A stretch of 64,000 nucleotides of DNA from Anaeromyxobacter sp. (GCA_049840735.1 JASGJN010000020.1:288001-352000), one strand, 5' to 3'. Counted from the first letter of the stretch, positions 10,397 to 20,261 are shown. Made by a program: numbers and translations. Notes: generated by a model not told the origin, from the letters alone.

Positions 10397-10810
10397 ATGA
10401 CGAACCGGTTCGAGAGCGGCGCGGCGGTCCGGAGCGGCTACTATCTCAACGCGGCGCGCTGGGCGATCCAGCCGGTGGCGCGCGACGGCGAGCGGCTTCC
10501 CGAGGGCAAGGGGGTCTGGATGAAGGTCCCGACGCTGGCGGCCCTGGTGCTCACGCCCATCCTCGGCCTCACCTTCCTGATGTTCCTGCCCCTGATCGGC
10601 TTCGCGCTGCTCCTGGGGTACCTGGCGCGGCCGGTGGTCCGGCTCTTCCACCGCTCCGCCACGGAGCTGGCCGGCACCATGACCCCGGGCTGGCAGCCCG
10701 GCGAGGCGCACCTGACCGGCAAGGCGCCCGAGGCGCCCACGAAGGCTCCGGCCAGGGACGAGAAGCTGGACGCGCTGCAGGCCGAGATCGAGGAGAAGCG
10801 GGTCAAGTAG
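10397..10810 (+). CDS. Hypothetical membrane protein (137 aa)
   Basis: AAGGAG SD, typical codon usage, long hydrophobic segment [30 protein letters not shown]. Confidence 0.8.
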   Translation: MTNRFESGAAVRSGYYLNAARWAIQPVARDGERLPEGKGVWMKVPTLAALVLTPILGLTFLMFLPLIGFALLLGYLARPVVRLFHRSATELAGTMTPGWQPGEAHLTGKAPEAPTKAPARDEKLDALQAEIEEKRVK

Positions 10811-10871
10811 CCCGCGACCGGGGCAGCGCACCGGGCCGGTGGCCGCGCGCCGCCGGCCCGCGCGCCTTCAG

Positions 10872-11534
10872 TCAGTCCTCGACGCGGATCACGCCGCGCT
10901 TGATGGCGAACCGCACCAGCTCGGTGCGGTTGTGGACCGCCAGCTTCTCCATGACGTGCTCGCGGTGGGTCATGGCGGTCTTCACGCTGATGCCGAGGAC
11001 GTCGGCGACCTCCTTGTTGCTCCGCCCCTCGGCCACCAGCTTCAGCACCTGCTTCTCGCGGTCGGTCAGCGCCTCGTAGGGATCCGACGAGGCCGGGCCG
11101 GCCGCGCCCCCCTCCTCCATGGCGGTGCGGGCCACCTCCGGATCCAGCACCAGGCCGCCCCGCTGCACGGCGCGGATGGCGTTGGCCAGCTCGGCCCCGG
11201 CCGACTTCTTGAGCACGTAGCCGGCCACGCCCGCCTTGAGCAGGCGGCGCACGTACTCGCGATCCTCGTACTGCGAGAGGATCAGCACCCGCGCCCGCCG
11301 CCCCTGCTTGCGCAGCTCAAGCGCCGCCTCGATGCCGCCCAGGCCCGGCATGGCGATGTCCATCAGCACCACGTCCGGATCGAGCCGCTCCACCTCGGCC
11401 AGGGCCGCCTTGCCGTCCCCCGCCTCGCCCACCACCTCGAGGTCCGGCTGCGCCGAGAGCAGCGCGCGCACGCCGTCGCGCAGCAGCGCGTGGTCGTCCA
11501 CGATCAGCACCCTGATCCGTCCGGCCCCGCTCAT
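10872..11534 (-). CDS. NarL/LuxR-family response regulator
   Basis: IVDDHALLRDG, MDIAMP, LTDREKQVLKLVAEGRSNKEVA. Confidence 0.95.
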   Translation of the reverse strand: MSGAGRIRVLIVDDHALLRDGVRALLSAQPDLEVVGEAGDGKAALAEVERLDPDVVLMDIAMPGLGGIEAALELRKQGRRARVLILSQYEDREYVRRLLKAGVAGYVLKKSAGAELANAIRAVQRGGLVLDPEVARTAMEEGGAAGPASSDPYEALTDREKQVLKLVAEGRSNKEVADVLGISVKTAMTHREHVMEKLAVHNRTELVRFAIKRGVIRVED

Positions 11535-13453
11535 GCCCCGCCTCCTCCGGCCCGCCGCTGCGCCGGCGCGCCTGCTTCATGCGCCGGCGCCGCCGCGTCC
11601 GCACGCGAATCGGCGTCCGGGCCGGCCACCTCCAGGACCGGGATCCGGACCGTCACCCGGGTCCCCTGCCCCGGCGCGGAGTCCACCTGGGCGCTCCCGC
11701 CCAGCAGCTCGGCCCGCTCGCGGATGCCCAGGAGCCCCCACGCCGGCCGCCCCTCGCGCCGCACCGCCGCGTCCGGGTCGAACCCGCGCCCGTCGTCCTC
11801 GATCTCGACCCGGATCTCGCCCTCGCCCACCGCCACCTGGACCAGCACCGCGCTGGCCTGGGCGTGGCGCGCCACGTTGGAGAGCGCCTCCTGGCAGATG
11901 CGGAACACCGCCGTCTCCAGCTCCGGCGGCAGGCGCCGGTCGGGCCCCTCGAACTCGCAGCGGACCGTCACGCCGCGCGCGCCCAGCGTGCGGTCCCCGT
12001 ACCAGCGGACCGCCGAGGTGAGCCCCAGGTCGTCCAGCACCGAGGGGCGCAGGTCGAGGATCATGCGGTGGACGTCGTCCAGCGTGCGGACCGCGGTGGC
12101 CTTCACCTCGTCCAGGTCCGGCGTGCGCCCGGCCCGCAGCGCCTCGCGCGCGGCGTCCAGCTTCATGGCCAGGAGCGCCAGCGCCTGAGTGGTCTCGTCG
12201 TGGAGCTCGCGGGCGACCCGCTTCCGCTCGTCCTCCTGCGCCACGATCACCTTGCGCAGGAGCTGCCGGCGCTCGTCCTCGCGGGCGCGCAGCCGCTCGT
12301 TGGCGTCGCCCAGCGCGCGCGTCCGCTCCACCACCCGCCGCTCCAGCTCCTGGTTGGCCTCGCCCACCCGCCGCAGCAGCTGGCGCAGCGCCTCGCGCAT
12401 CCGGTCGAGCGAGAGCCCCAGCCGCCCCACCTCGTCGTGGCCCAGGTCCGGGATGGGCGCGTCCAGCTCCCCGGCGGCGATCCGCTCGGCCTCGGCGCCG
12501 AGCACGCCCAGCGGGCGGGTCACGCTGCGGGCCGCGCCCCAGGCGAAGAGCGCGGCCATGGCCAGGTTCAGCGCCAGCCCACCCACCACCACCACCCAGG
12601 GGATCTGCCCGGAGGGCGAGGTCAGGCCGACGGGCTGCCGGATCACCACCGTCCAGGGCGCCACCGTGAGCGGCGCCACCGTCAGGGTCTCGCGCGACCC
12701 CACCTTGCCGTCGCCCGCTCCCGCGCACCCGAGGCTGGTGGGCTCGCGCCCGCGGGCCTCCGCCGCCACCGCGTCGAAGCAGGCCGGCCGGAGCCCCACC
12801 CGCTCGGCGGCGGTGCTCCCCAGCACCACGCCGTCCGGGCCGAGCAGGTCGGCCTCGCCGCCCGTCCGCCGCAGCGGCGCCAGCGCCGCCGCCAGCCCGC
12901 GGTGGCCCGGGTCGAAGGTGCTGCCGGCGATCCCCACCCGCTGGCCGTCCCAGCGCCGGATCGGCACCAGCGCGTGGACCACCCAGCCGCCGCCGCGCCG
13001 GTCCAGGCCGGAGAGGCGGGGCACGCCATCGCGCAGCACCTCCGCCACCGCGGCCGCGTCCGGCGCCGGCACCTGGGCCGCGCCGGGCGGCAGCGTGCTC
13101 ACGGCCCGGCCCCGGGCGTCGAGGAGGTAGACCGCCAGCCGCGGCTCCAGGTCCTGCCGGGCGTCGGCCATGGCGCCGTGCACCAGCGCCGGGGAGGCCT
13201 CGGGGAAGTCGCGCGCCACCGCCGCCGCCAGGCGCTGCAACAGCGCCAGCTCGCGGGTCATGGTCGCGTCCAGCTGGGCGGCCACCGCGCCCGCCGCCGA
13301 GGCCCGCTCGGCCAGGAGCCGGTCGTCCAGCGCCTCGAGCCAGCGCAGGCCCACCGCGGCCATGATGGCCGCCGGCACCAGGATGCCCATGGCCATGAGC
13401 ACGTTGACGCGCTTCTGCAGCGGCACCCCGCTGGCCCTGCCGGTCAGCCTCAC
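11531..13453 (-). CDS. Sensor histidine kinase, HisKA_3 type, Cache-like periplasmic region
   Basis: Two TMs, HAMP, ERKRVARELHDE, QEALSNVARHA, DDGRGF, GLLGIRERAELLGG. Confidence 0.92.
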   Translation of the reverse strand: MRLTGRASGVPLQKRVNVLMAMGILVPAAIMAAVGLRWLEALDDRLLAERASAAGAVAAQLDATMTRELALLQRLAAAVARDFPEASPALVHGAMADARQDLEPRLAVYLLDARGRAVSTLPPGAAQVPAPDAAAVAEVLRDGVPRLSGLDRRGGGWVVHALVPIRRWDGQRVGIAGSTFDPGHRGLAAALAPLRRTGGEADLLGPDGVVLGSTAAERVGLRPACFDAVAAEARGREPTSLGCAGAGDGKVGSRETLTVAPLTVAPWTVVIRQPVGLTSPSGQIPWVVVVGGLALNLAMAALFAWGAARSVTRPLGVLGAEAERIAAGELDAPIPDLGHDEVGRLGLSLDRMREALRQLLRRVGEANQELERRVVERTRALGDANERLRAREDERRQLLRKVIVAQEDERKRVARELHDETTQALALLAMKLDAAREALRAGRTPDLDEVKATAVRTLDDVHRMILDLRPSVLDDLGLTSAVRWYGDRTLGARGVTVRCEFEGPDRRLPPELETAVFRICQEALSNVARHAQASAVLVQVAVGEGEIRVEIEDDGRGFDPDAAVRREGRPAWGLLGIRERAELLGGSAQVDSAPGQGTRVTVRIPVLEVAGPDADSRADAAAPAHEAGAPAQRRAGGGGA

Positions 13454-14004
13454 CGCGTCCTCCCGCTCAGGCTCTCGGCCATGCGCTCCAGCTCCTCCTG
13501 CGGGCCGCACGAGCGGAGCCGGTAGGGGCGGCCGTCCAGCTCCCAGGCCAGCTCGCGCCAGGGCGCGCCGTAGAGCCGCAGCTCGGAGAGGCGCGCGCGC
13601 AGCCCACCCAGGGTCACGTCGCGCGTGCCCAGCACCTCCGGGCGCCCCACCAGCTCCGGGTACAGCTCGTCGCCGGCCCGCAGCGCCTGGAGCAGCTGCA
13701 CCGCCGGCCGCCCCCCGGCGTCGTCGAAGACCAGCAGCGCGGTGCCGCGCCGTCCCCCGGCCACCCAGACCTCCGCCGGCGGCCAGCGCAGCCGCTCGGG
13801 GAAGTAGGCCGGGATGTCGATGCGGGCCGCGAGCTGCCGCTCGGCCTCGGGGAGGCCGGGCACCTTGTGCGCCTCCAGGTCCGAGGCCAGCCAGGCCGGC
13901 ACCGCTCCCAGCGCGGCCAGCCCCAGCGCGGCGGCGGCCACGACCAGGACCAGGGTCCGGAGCATCCGGGCCAGCTCGACCGCTGCGGCGCGCGCGCGGC
14001 TCAC
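13450..14004 (-). CDS. Hypothetical membrane-anchored protein
   Basis: N-terminal hydrophobic helix; GTGA overlap with the downstream kinase. Confidence 0.7.
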   Translation of the reverse strand: MSRARAAAVELARMLRTLVLVVAAAALGLAALGAVPAWLASDLEAHKVPGLPEAERQLAARIDIPAYFPERLRWPPAEVWVAGGRRGTALLVFDDAGGRPAVQLLQALRAGDELYPELVGRPEVLGTRDVTLGGLRARLSELRLYGAPWRELAWELDGRPYRLRSCGPQEELERMAESLSGRTR

Positions 14005-14011
14005 GGACTGG

Positions 14012-14986
14012 TCATACCACGAAGAACAGCAGCCCCGTGACGGCCAGGCCCCCCAGGACCACCCGGGCGAAGCCGAACGGCAGGGGGGCCGGCGCCGGCT
14101 CCAGCAGGCGGCGGCAGCGCAGCTCCACGTCCGCCGCCCGGACCCGCGCCAGCGCGGCCGCGAACGGCAGGGTGCGGGCGCCGGTCACGCCGGCGCCGGC
14201 GCGGTAGAGCCGGAGCACGGCGCTGGCCAGCGCCAGCCGGTCGCCCGTCAGCTCGGCGGCGCGCTCGTCGGCGAGCGACTCCGCGTCGCGCATCAGCACG
14301 CGCGCCACCACCTGGAAGGCCGGGTTGAAGGCCAGGAGCCCGCGGGCCAGGAAGAGGGCCCAGCTGGACACCGGATCGCGGTGGGCCAGGTGGCAGAGCT
14401 CGTGGGCCACGGCGGCGCGCAGCTCGCCCGGGTCGAGCAGCGCCAGCGCGCCGCGCGAGACCACCAGCGCCGGCCGGCGCAGGCCGGTGCAGTAGAGGAG
14501 CGGCAGGTCGCTGCCCAGGTGGACGATCCGCGGTGGCGCCAGCGCCAGCCCGGCCGAGAGCGGCCGCACCAGCCCCTCCAGCGCCGCGGCCCTGGCCGCC
14601 GCCAGCGGCGTCTCGGCGCGGCGCGGCCCGCTGCGCCGGCGCAGGTACGGGACCAGGTCGACGAGCAGCAGGGCCAGGCCGGCGCCGGCCATGGCCAGCA
14701 CCCACCAGCCCATCAGCCCCATCCCCAGCCAGCGCAGGTCGTCCCAGCGCCGGGCCTCGAAGAGCGCCGCGGCGCGCCGGAAGGCCTCGGTGGCGCGCAC
14801 CGGGAAGAGGACCATCAGCGCCGGAGACACGAACAGCGGAAGGGCCACGCCCAGGAGGCGCAGGCCCATCCGCTGCCGGGGTTCGACCACCCGCCACGCC
14901 CGCACCAGCGCCTCCACCACCAGCGAGGCCACCAGGGCGTGGAAGATGGACTGGGCGAGGTACTCAGCCCACGTCGCGCTTGTCAT
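14012..14986 (-). CDS. M56 (BlaR1-like) / M48-related membrane zinc metalloprotease
   Basis: TMs, LVVSRGAL, ELRAAVAHELCH (HExxH), ESLADE. Confidence 0.85.
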   Translation of the reverse strand: MTSATWAEYLAQSIFHALVASLVVEALVRAWRVVEPRQRMGLRLLGVALPLFVSPALMVLFPVRATEAFRRAAALFEARRWDDLRWLGMGLMGWWVLAMAGAGLALLLVDLVPYLRRRSGPRRAETPLAAARAAALEGLVRPLSAGLALAPPRIVHLGSDLPLLYCTGLRRPALVVSRGALALLDPGELRAAVAHELCHLAHRDPVSSWALFLARGLLAFNPAFQVVARVLMRDAESLADERAAELTGDRLALASAVLRLYRAGAGVTGARTLPFAAALARVRAADVELRCRRLLEPAPAPLPFGFARVVLGGLAVTGLLFFVV

Positions 14987-15697
14987 GTCCCGAGCCGTGC
15001 CCGTGCTCGGTGGGGGCCGGACGCCCCTCCAGCCGCGCCAGCTCGAGCGGGTGCTCGTGCACGTACCGGTCCCGGCCGACCTTCCCCGTGAAGATCGAGG
15101 TGTCGAAGGGGAAGACGTCCGGGTTCAGGTGGGCGTTGAAGATGTGCCAGATGGCGATCACCAGGAACGCCATCAGCCCTTCGTTGGAGTGGGCCACCTT
15201 GGCGGCCGGGATGAGCTGGCCGGGCAGGATCGAGGCCACCAGCACCGGGAAGAAGAGGATGAAGCCGGTCAGGACCATGATGACGTTGCCGACCACCAGG
15301 CCCCAGTACTCGAACTTCTCCTTGTAGGTGTACCGGTCGTAGAGCGGCTGCTTGTCGGTCGTGCCCAGGTAGTAGCGCAGCTGCTGGATCACGTCCTCGA
15401 AGTCCTTCTTGGTCGGCACCATCGTGAAGCCGACCTTGCGGGACAGCATGGTCACGATGGCGTTGGCGAAGTGGACCACGGTCGAGACGGCCAGCACGAT
15501 GCCGAAGGCGCGGTGGATTCCAGCGGCAGGCGTCGATGCCGCCGAAGATGGTCACCAGCACCTGGGCCCAGCCGGCCGTGTAGAACTTCTGCGGCAGGCC
15601 GGTGAGGCACAGCATCGCGAACGTCACCATCGTGACGAGGTGCTCGATTCCGCTGCTGCAGGTTCCAGCGGACGATGTACGGGGTCTGAGCGCTCAT
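14964..15697 (-). CDS. Cytochrome b subunit (FdnI/HydC-like, resembling the CbcL membrane domain); two apparent frameshifts
   Basis: Removing single bases at 15646-15650 and 15516-15520 gives QRIEH...RWIHR...VVH...YDRYTYKEKFEYWG...VAHSNEG...IWH...HEHPLE. Confidence 0.85.
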
Positions 15698-16752
15698 CGA
15701 TTCACCACGACGCGCCACAGGTGGAGCGCGATCTGGAGCAGGAGCCCGCCCACCATGAACGGGATCATCAGGCGGTAGAACAGCTGCACCATCCAGACCA
15801 GCGGCGCCTTCTCCGGCGTCGGCTGGTAGTGCGAGAGCCAGGCCTTGGGGAAGCTGGCGCTGGCGCCCTGGTGGCACTTGGCGCAGGTCTTCTGGAGGTT
15901 GGCGGCGATCACGGTCGAGCTCGGGTCGCCCGCCTTCTGGATGTCGTGCACACCGTGGCAGTCGGTGCAGCCCGCGGCCAGGCGGCCGCCGCCCTCGCGG
16001 CTGGCGCGGCCGCGCTGCAGCGTGGCGGACATGCCGTGGAAGTCGTTGAGGTAGGTGGAGACCACGTCGGGCGAGAGGCCGTACTTCTTCATCAGCTTCT
16101 CGTCGGAGTGGCAGCGGCCGCAGATGTCGGCGGTGCGCAGCGCCATCTGGCCGCCGCGGACGTCGATGGTGTCGTGCGCCCGGTGGCAGTCGGTGCAGAC
16201 CGGCACGTCCTCGTTCTTCTGGTCGAGGGCGCGGCCGTGCACGCTCTTCGCGAAGGCCTCGGCCTCCTCGAAGTGGCACTCGGCGCAGAGCTGGGCGATG
16301 CGGCCGCGCTCGTGCGGCCCGGCGACGGCGTGCGAGCCGTGGCAATCGACGCAGGTGGGCGCGCTGGTGTTCCCGGCCTCGGCCACCCGGTGGTGGACGC
16401 CGTCCAGGCTCTTCTTGAAGTTCTGGATATGGCAGGCCTTGCAGGCCTCCACGTGACGGCGGGTGAGATTGGCCGTGCCCTTGTAGGGCAGCGGCTTGCC
16501 GTCGGAGTGCTCGGTGGTCATGCCCACGTGGCACTGCACGCAGCTGACGGGCTGCTGCGCCTTGCCGTGGACCGAGCCACCGTAGGCGGCGGCGTCGACG
16601 GGCGCGAGCTTGAGCTCGCCGCCGCCGGCCAGCGTCGCGGACTGCTCGTCGGCGTGGCACATCAAGCAGTCATCGTTGGAGGGGTCGTCGGCGGCGGCCC
16701 AGCTGGGGCCTGCGGCGAGCGCGACGAGGAGCGGCAAGACCGATCGTCTCAT
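15694..16752 (-). CDS. Nonaheme c-type cytochrome with signal peptide and C-terminal TM
   Basis: Nine CxxCH motifs: CLMCH, CVQCH, CKACH, CVDCH, CAECH, CTDCH, CGRCH, CTDCH, CAKCH. Confidence 0.95.
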   Translation of the reverse strand: MRRSVLPLLVALAAGPSWAAADDPSNDDCLMCHADEQSATLAGGGELKLAPVDAAAYGGSVHGKAQQPVSCVQCHVGMTTEHSDGKPLPYKGTANLTRRHVEACKACHIQNFKKSLDGVHHRVAEAGNTSAPTCVDCHGSHAVAGPHERGRIAQLCAECHFEEAEAFAKSVHGRALDQKNEDVPVCTDCHRAHDTIDVRGGQMALRTADICGRCHSDEKLMKKYGLSPDVVSTYLNDFHGMSATLQRGRASREGGGRLAAGCTDCHGVHDIQKAGDPSSTVIAANLQKTCAKCHQGASASFPKAWLSHYQPTPEKAPLVWMVQLFYRLMIPFMVGGLLLQIALHLWRVVVNR

Positions 16753-16878
16753 TGGGATCCACCTGGTGATGTCGGGCGCGTCAATCCGTACCAGGGTACG
16801 GTTGGCGCCTTGTTACCAGGGGCGGGCAAAATTGTCCAACCTCTAGACTATTGTAACTACGCGATAAATTTACGCGCT

Positions 16879-16989
16879 TTGCGCCCGATCAATCACGTGT
16901 GAACGTCGCGCAAATCCAGCGCGAAACGCAGCCCTCCGCCCCGGCGGGGCAAATCACGCACCCACCGCCGCCATCTTGATCGCGATCAT
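16879..16989. promoter_or_regulatory. Two FNR/CRP-like boxes in the AT-enriched region upstream of the nonaheme cytochrome
   Basis: TTGAT-cgcg-ATCAT at 16976-16989 (1 mismatch to TTGAT-N4-ATCAA) and TTGcg-cccg-ATCAA at 16879-16892 (2 mismatches). Confidence 0.45.
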
Positions 16990-17224
16990 CCTCCGGCGCG
17001 CAGGCGCCGGGCCCGCGACGCGAGGAGACCTCGCGCGGCGGCGGCGGTGCTCCGGGCACCGGCCCGTAAGCGCTGCGGAACTCGGCGATCGGGTCCGCCT
17101 GGCCGGGCCGGCCGGAGCGGCGCTCCCCGCCCCCACCCTCGCACCCGCACGCACTCCCGGACGGCGCCGCCCGCCGGCGCCGGCGGTGGCCGGCGGGGCG
17201 GGCGGCGAAAGTCGTGCGGGGTGC

Positions 17225-17929
17225 TCAGGCCGGCCTGAGGAAGCTGTCCACCAGCTTGCGCCAGCCGTCCTCGCCCATCAGCCAGGGGGCCGGGGCCACC
17301 AGCGCCCCGCCGTCGGCCGCTGCGAGGCCGAGCCGCTCCTCCAGGAAGGAGGCGAAGCGGAGCGACTCACGCCGGGTGAACGCCTCGGCGACGTCGCCGG
17401 TGGGCAGGCCCAGCCACCCATCGCCGGCGGGCGTGAGCGCCGCCACCCAGCCGCCGGCCAGCCCGTCCCGCTTCACCAGCGCCGGGTCGCGCAGCACCGC
17501 GGCGTTGACGCCGGCCACCACCCCCGCCACCGGCGCGAGCAGCGGCACCGACCGCTCGCCGGCGTGGAGCAGCGCCACCGGCTCGCCCGCCTCGACCCGC
17601 GTGCCGGTCGCCACTGGCTCGACCGCCGTGACGCCGGGCAGCAGCTGCTGGGCGATGCCGTCCAGCCCCAGCTCCACCGTCCCGCCGCCCCGCGCCCGCA
17701 GCCACACGTGGCCGGGGGCCAGGTGGAGCGCCGGCCGGAAGGGCACGCCGGCCACCTCGCGCAGCCCCAGCCGCGCCTCCCGCCGCGCGGCGGCGGCCCG
17801 GATCACCGCGGCCACCGCGGCCACCGGGAGCCCCACCGCCAGGAGCGCCAGCAGCACCACCCCGAACCGCGCCCCCACGCCCAGCACGAACACCGCCGTC
17901 GCCTGGAGGATGTCGATCACGGCCTGCAT
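17225..17929 (-). CDS. Membrane-anchored glycine cleavage H-like protein (no lipoyl Lys)
   Basis: PGHVWLR...ELGLDGIAQQLL...APVAGVVAGVN...DGLAGGWV; N-terminal hydrophobic segment; hairpin reads HAGERS. Confidence 0.8.
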   Translation of the reverse strand: MQAVIDILQATAVFVLGVGARFGVVLLALLAVGLPVAAVAAVIRAAAARREARLGLREVAGVPFRPALHLAPGHVWLRARGGGTVELGLDGIAQQLLPGVTAVEPVATGTRVEAGEPVALLHAGERSVPLLAPVAGVVAGVNAAVLRDPALVKRDGLAGGWVAALTPAGDGWLGLPTGDVAEAFTRRESLRFASFLEERLGLAAADGGALVAPAPWLMGEDGWRKLVDSFLRPA

Positions 17930-17945
17930 GGCTGCCTCCTCTCCG

Positions 17946-18284
17946 TCACTCCGCGTGACACATGCTGCAGTCGTCGAGGCCGAACGCCTTCTTGCCGTCG
18001 TGGCAGGCGCCGCAGGCCTGGCCCTTCTCCATCTTCTCGTGGGTGATCCCCAGCGGCTGGGCGCCGCCCGAGCGCCCCAGGATCCCGAACGGCTGCGGGT
18101 GGCAGCCCAGGCAGCTGGGGTGGGCCCCGTCCACGTGCATGTCGTGGTTGAACGTCACCACGCCCGGGCTGTCCTTGGCCTGCACCAGCGCCTGCCCCTT
18201 GGGCAGGTTGGGCAGCTCGCCCGCCACCGCTCCGCCGGCCAGCAGCCCGGCCACCAGCACCCCCAGCGTCGTCTTGCGCGTCAT
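17946..18284 (-). CDS. Triheme c7-type periplasmic cytochrome
   Basis: Signal peptide, VTFNHDMH, CLGCH, MEKGQACGACHDGKKAF, CSMCH. Confidence 0.92.
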   Translation of the reverse strand: MTRKTTLGVLVAGLLAGGAVAGELPNLPKGQALVQAKDSPGVVTFNHDMHVDGAHPSCLGCHPQPFGILGRSGGAQPLGITHEKMEKGQACGACHDGKKAFGLDDCSMCHAE

Positions 18285-18300
18285 GGTCCGGTCTCCGGGC

Positions 18301-19032
18301 TCAGGTGAGGAAGAAGCCGCGCGCCAGCTCGTCCCAGTCGTCGCCGGCCAGCGCCTGCGCGATGCCGTGGACCGGCGCGCCGCCGTCCTGCAGCACCTGC
18401 CCGAGCTCCGGGCTGAGCCGGAGCGCCAGGCGCTCCGAGGCCTCGTCCAGCAGCCGGCGCGCGGGGGCGTCGGCGAGCAGCTGGCGCAGGTTGGCCGCCA
18501 GCCGCGGCGCCTTCACCTTGAACAGCCAGCCGGCGCCGTAGACGTCGGCCAGGGCCGCCGGGGCGTCCACCGCGGCCCGGTTCACCGCCACCACCGTGCC
18601 GTCGACCGGCGAGGCCAGCGCTACCGCCTTGTGGCCGTCGCCCAGCGAGAGGGCCGGGTCGCCCTGGGCCACGTGCGCGCCCAGCGCGGGCACCGTGACC
18701 TGGGCCGGGCCCACCAGCTTGTGGGCGAAGTCGTCCACGCCCACCGTCACCAGGCCGTCGGCCTCCAGCCGCGCCCAGGTGTGGCCCGGGTGCAGGTGGA
18801 CGCCGGCCGGGATCTGGAACCAGCCCGGGAGCGCAGCGGCGCGCGGGGCGGCGGGGCGGGCCGGGGTGGCCGCGGCGCGCGGGACCTCGGCGGCGGCCGT
18901 GGCCGCGACCGGCTGCGGCCGGCCGCCCTGCACGTAGCGCCAGAACGGGATGAAGAGCAGCAGGTAGGTGACCGCGAGCCCGTACTCCATCAGCTTCGCG
19001 GGGTAGACCGAGAGCAGGTCGAAGTGGTTCAT
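18301..19032 (-). CDS. Membrane-anchored glycine cleavage H-like protein
   Basis: HPGHTWARLEADGLVTVGVDDFAHKLVG...SPVDGTVVAVN...DVYGAGWLFKV; N-terminal TM and Ala/Pro linker. Confidence 0.85.
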   Translation of the reverse strand: MNHFDLLSVYPAKLMEYGLAVTYLLLFIPFWRYVQGGRPQPVAATAAAEVPRAAATPARPAAPRAAALPGWFQIPAGVHLHPGHTWARLEADGLVTVGVDDFAHKLVGPAQVTVPALGAHVAQGDPALSLGDGHKAVALASPVDGTVVAVNRAAVDAPAALADVYGAGWLFKVKAPRLAANLRQLLADAPARRLLDEASERLALRLSPELGQVLQDGGAPVHGIAQALAGDDWDELARGFFLT

Positions 19033-19042
19033 GGCGTCCTCC

Positions 19043-20261
19043 TCACCCGTGATCCGCGAAGCGGGGGTCCTCGCGGAGGATGGGCATGCGGTTCACGATC
19101 CAGCGGAAGGCCAGCACGCCGACGGTGACCAGCGTGACGGAGACCCAGATCTCCATCCAGCTCGGCACGTAGCGGACCGGCGCCTGCCAGTTGAGGGCCA
19201 CGATGGAGACGTTGAGCCGGTTGAGCGCGATCCCGATCACGCCCAGCACGCCGGCCACGCGCACCACCCTGACCCGGCCGTTGCGCGCGCCCCAGGCGAA
19301 GAGCAGCGAGGGGAGCAGCACGAAGCCGAGGATCTCGACCAGGAACCAGGCGCCCATGGGCGTGGCCAGCAGGGGCCAGGCGTGGCCGTCGATGACGCCC
19401 TGCAGCTTCAGGAAGAAGTAGGCGAACATCACCAGCGCGCCGGCCTTGCCCAGCCCCAGCGTGAGCCTGTCCACGTCCACGTGGTGGCCCGCCACCTGGC
19501 TGGCGAAGATCCGGTGCGAGAGCGCGCTCTCCACCACCACCATGCAGATGCCGGCGATGATCGCGGAGATGAAGAAGAAGATGAAGATGTAGGGCGTGTA
19601 CCAGAGCGGGTGGAGCTTGGTCGGCATGAGCAGGAAGAGCGAGCCCAGGGCCGACTGGTGCATGGTCGAGAAGATGACCGAGAGCACCGTGAGCGCGATG
19701 AGGATCTTCTTCCAGGGGCGCCACCAGCCGCCGCCAGCCCAGCCACTCGAAGAAGGACAGCGCGAACTCGAGGAAGAGGACGCTCGAGTAGCACATCACG
19801 CACCAGGCGACCTCGAAGAGGACCGAGGCGGTGCCGAAGTTCACGATGGCCATCACGATGTTCCAGGGGCGGCCCAGGTCGGCCAGGAGGCCGACGATGG
19901 CGATCACGTAGCCGAGGAAGGCGGTCAGGATCGCCGGCCGCTCGATGGGGTGGTAGGCCTTGAGCCCGAAGAGCTGGACGGTGGCGCCGATGGTGAAGCC
20001 GCCGGCCGCCAGCACGATCCCGGTCATCATGTCGAACCCGATCCAGAGGCCCCAGGGGGCGGTCTGGGAGAGGTTCGTGGTGGCGCCCAGGCCCACTGCG
20101 AACCGCACCACCAGGATGGGCAGGCCGACCGCCAGGATCACGGCGGCCACGGCGTTGAAGGGCGTGATTCAGCGTGCGGAGGTACTCGCGGAGCCCCATC
20201 CCCAGCAGGATTTCTCGCGGAAGAACGTGGACGGTGCCGCGGCGGCGGTCGCGCTAGCCAT
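19043..20261 (-). CDS. NrfD/HybB(HmcC)-family integral membrane subunit; three apparent frameshifts
   Basis: TNLSQTAPWGLWIGFD, DLGRPW, SVLFEVAWC, STMHQSALGSLFLLMPTKLHPLW, RYVPSWME; breaks at ~20210, ~20168 and ~19712. Confidence 0.9.

Noticed and set aside
15690..15705. GAATC at the cytochrome c / cytochrome b junction as a hidden fusion
   Set aside because: Removing one base does not put the two genes in frame; the existing ATGA overlap is a normal coupling
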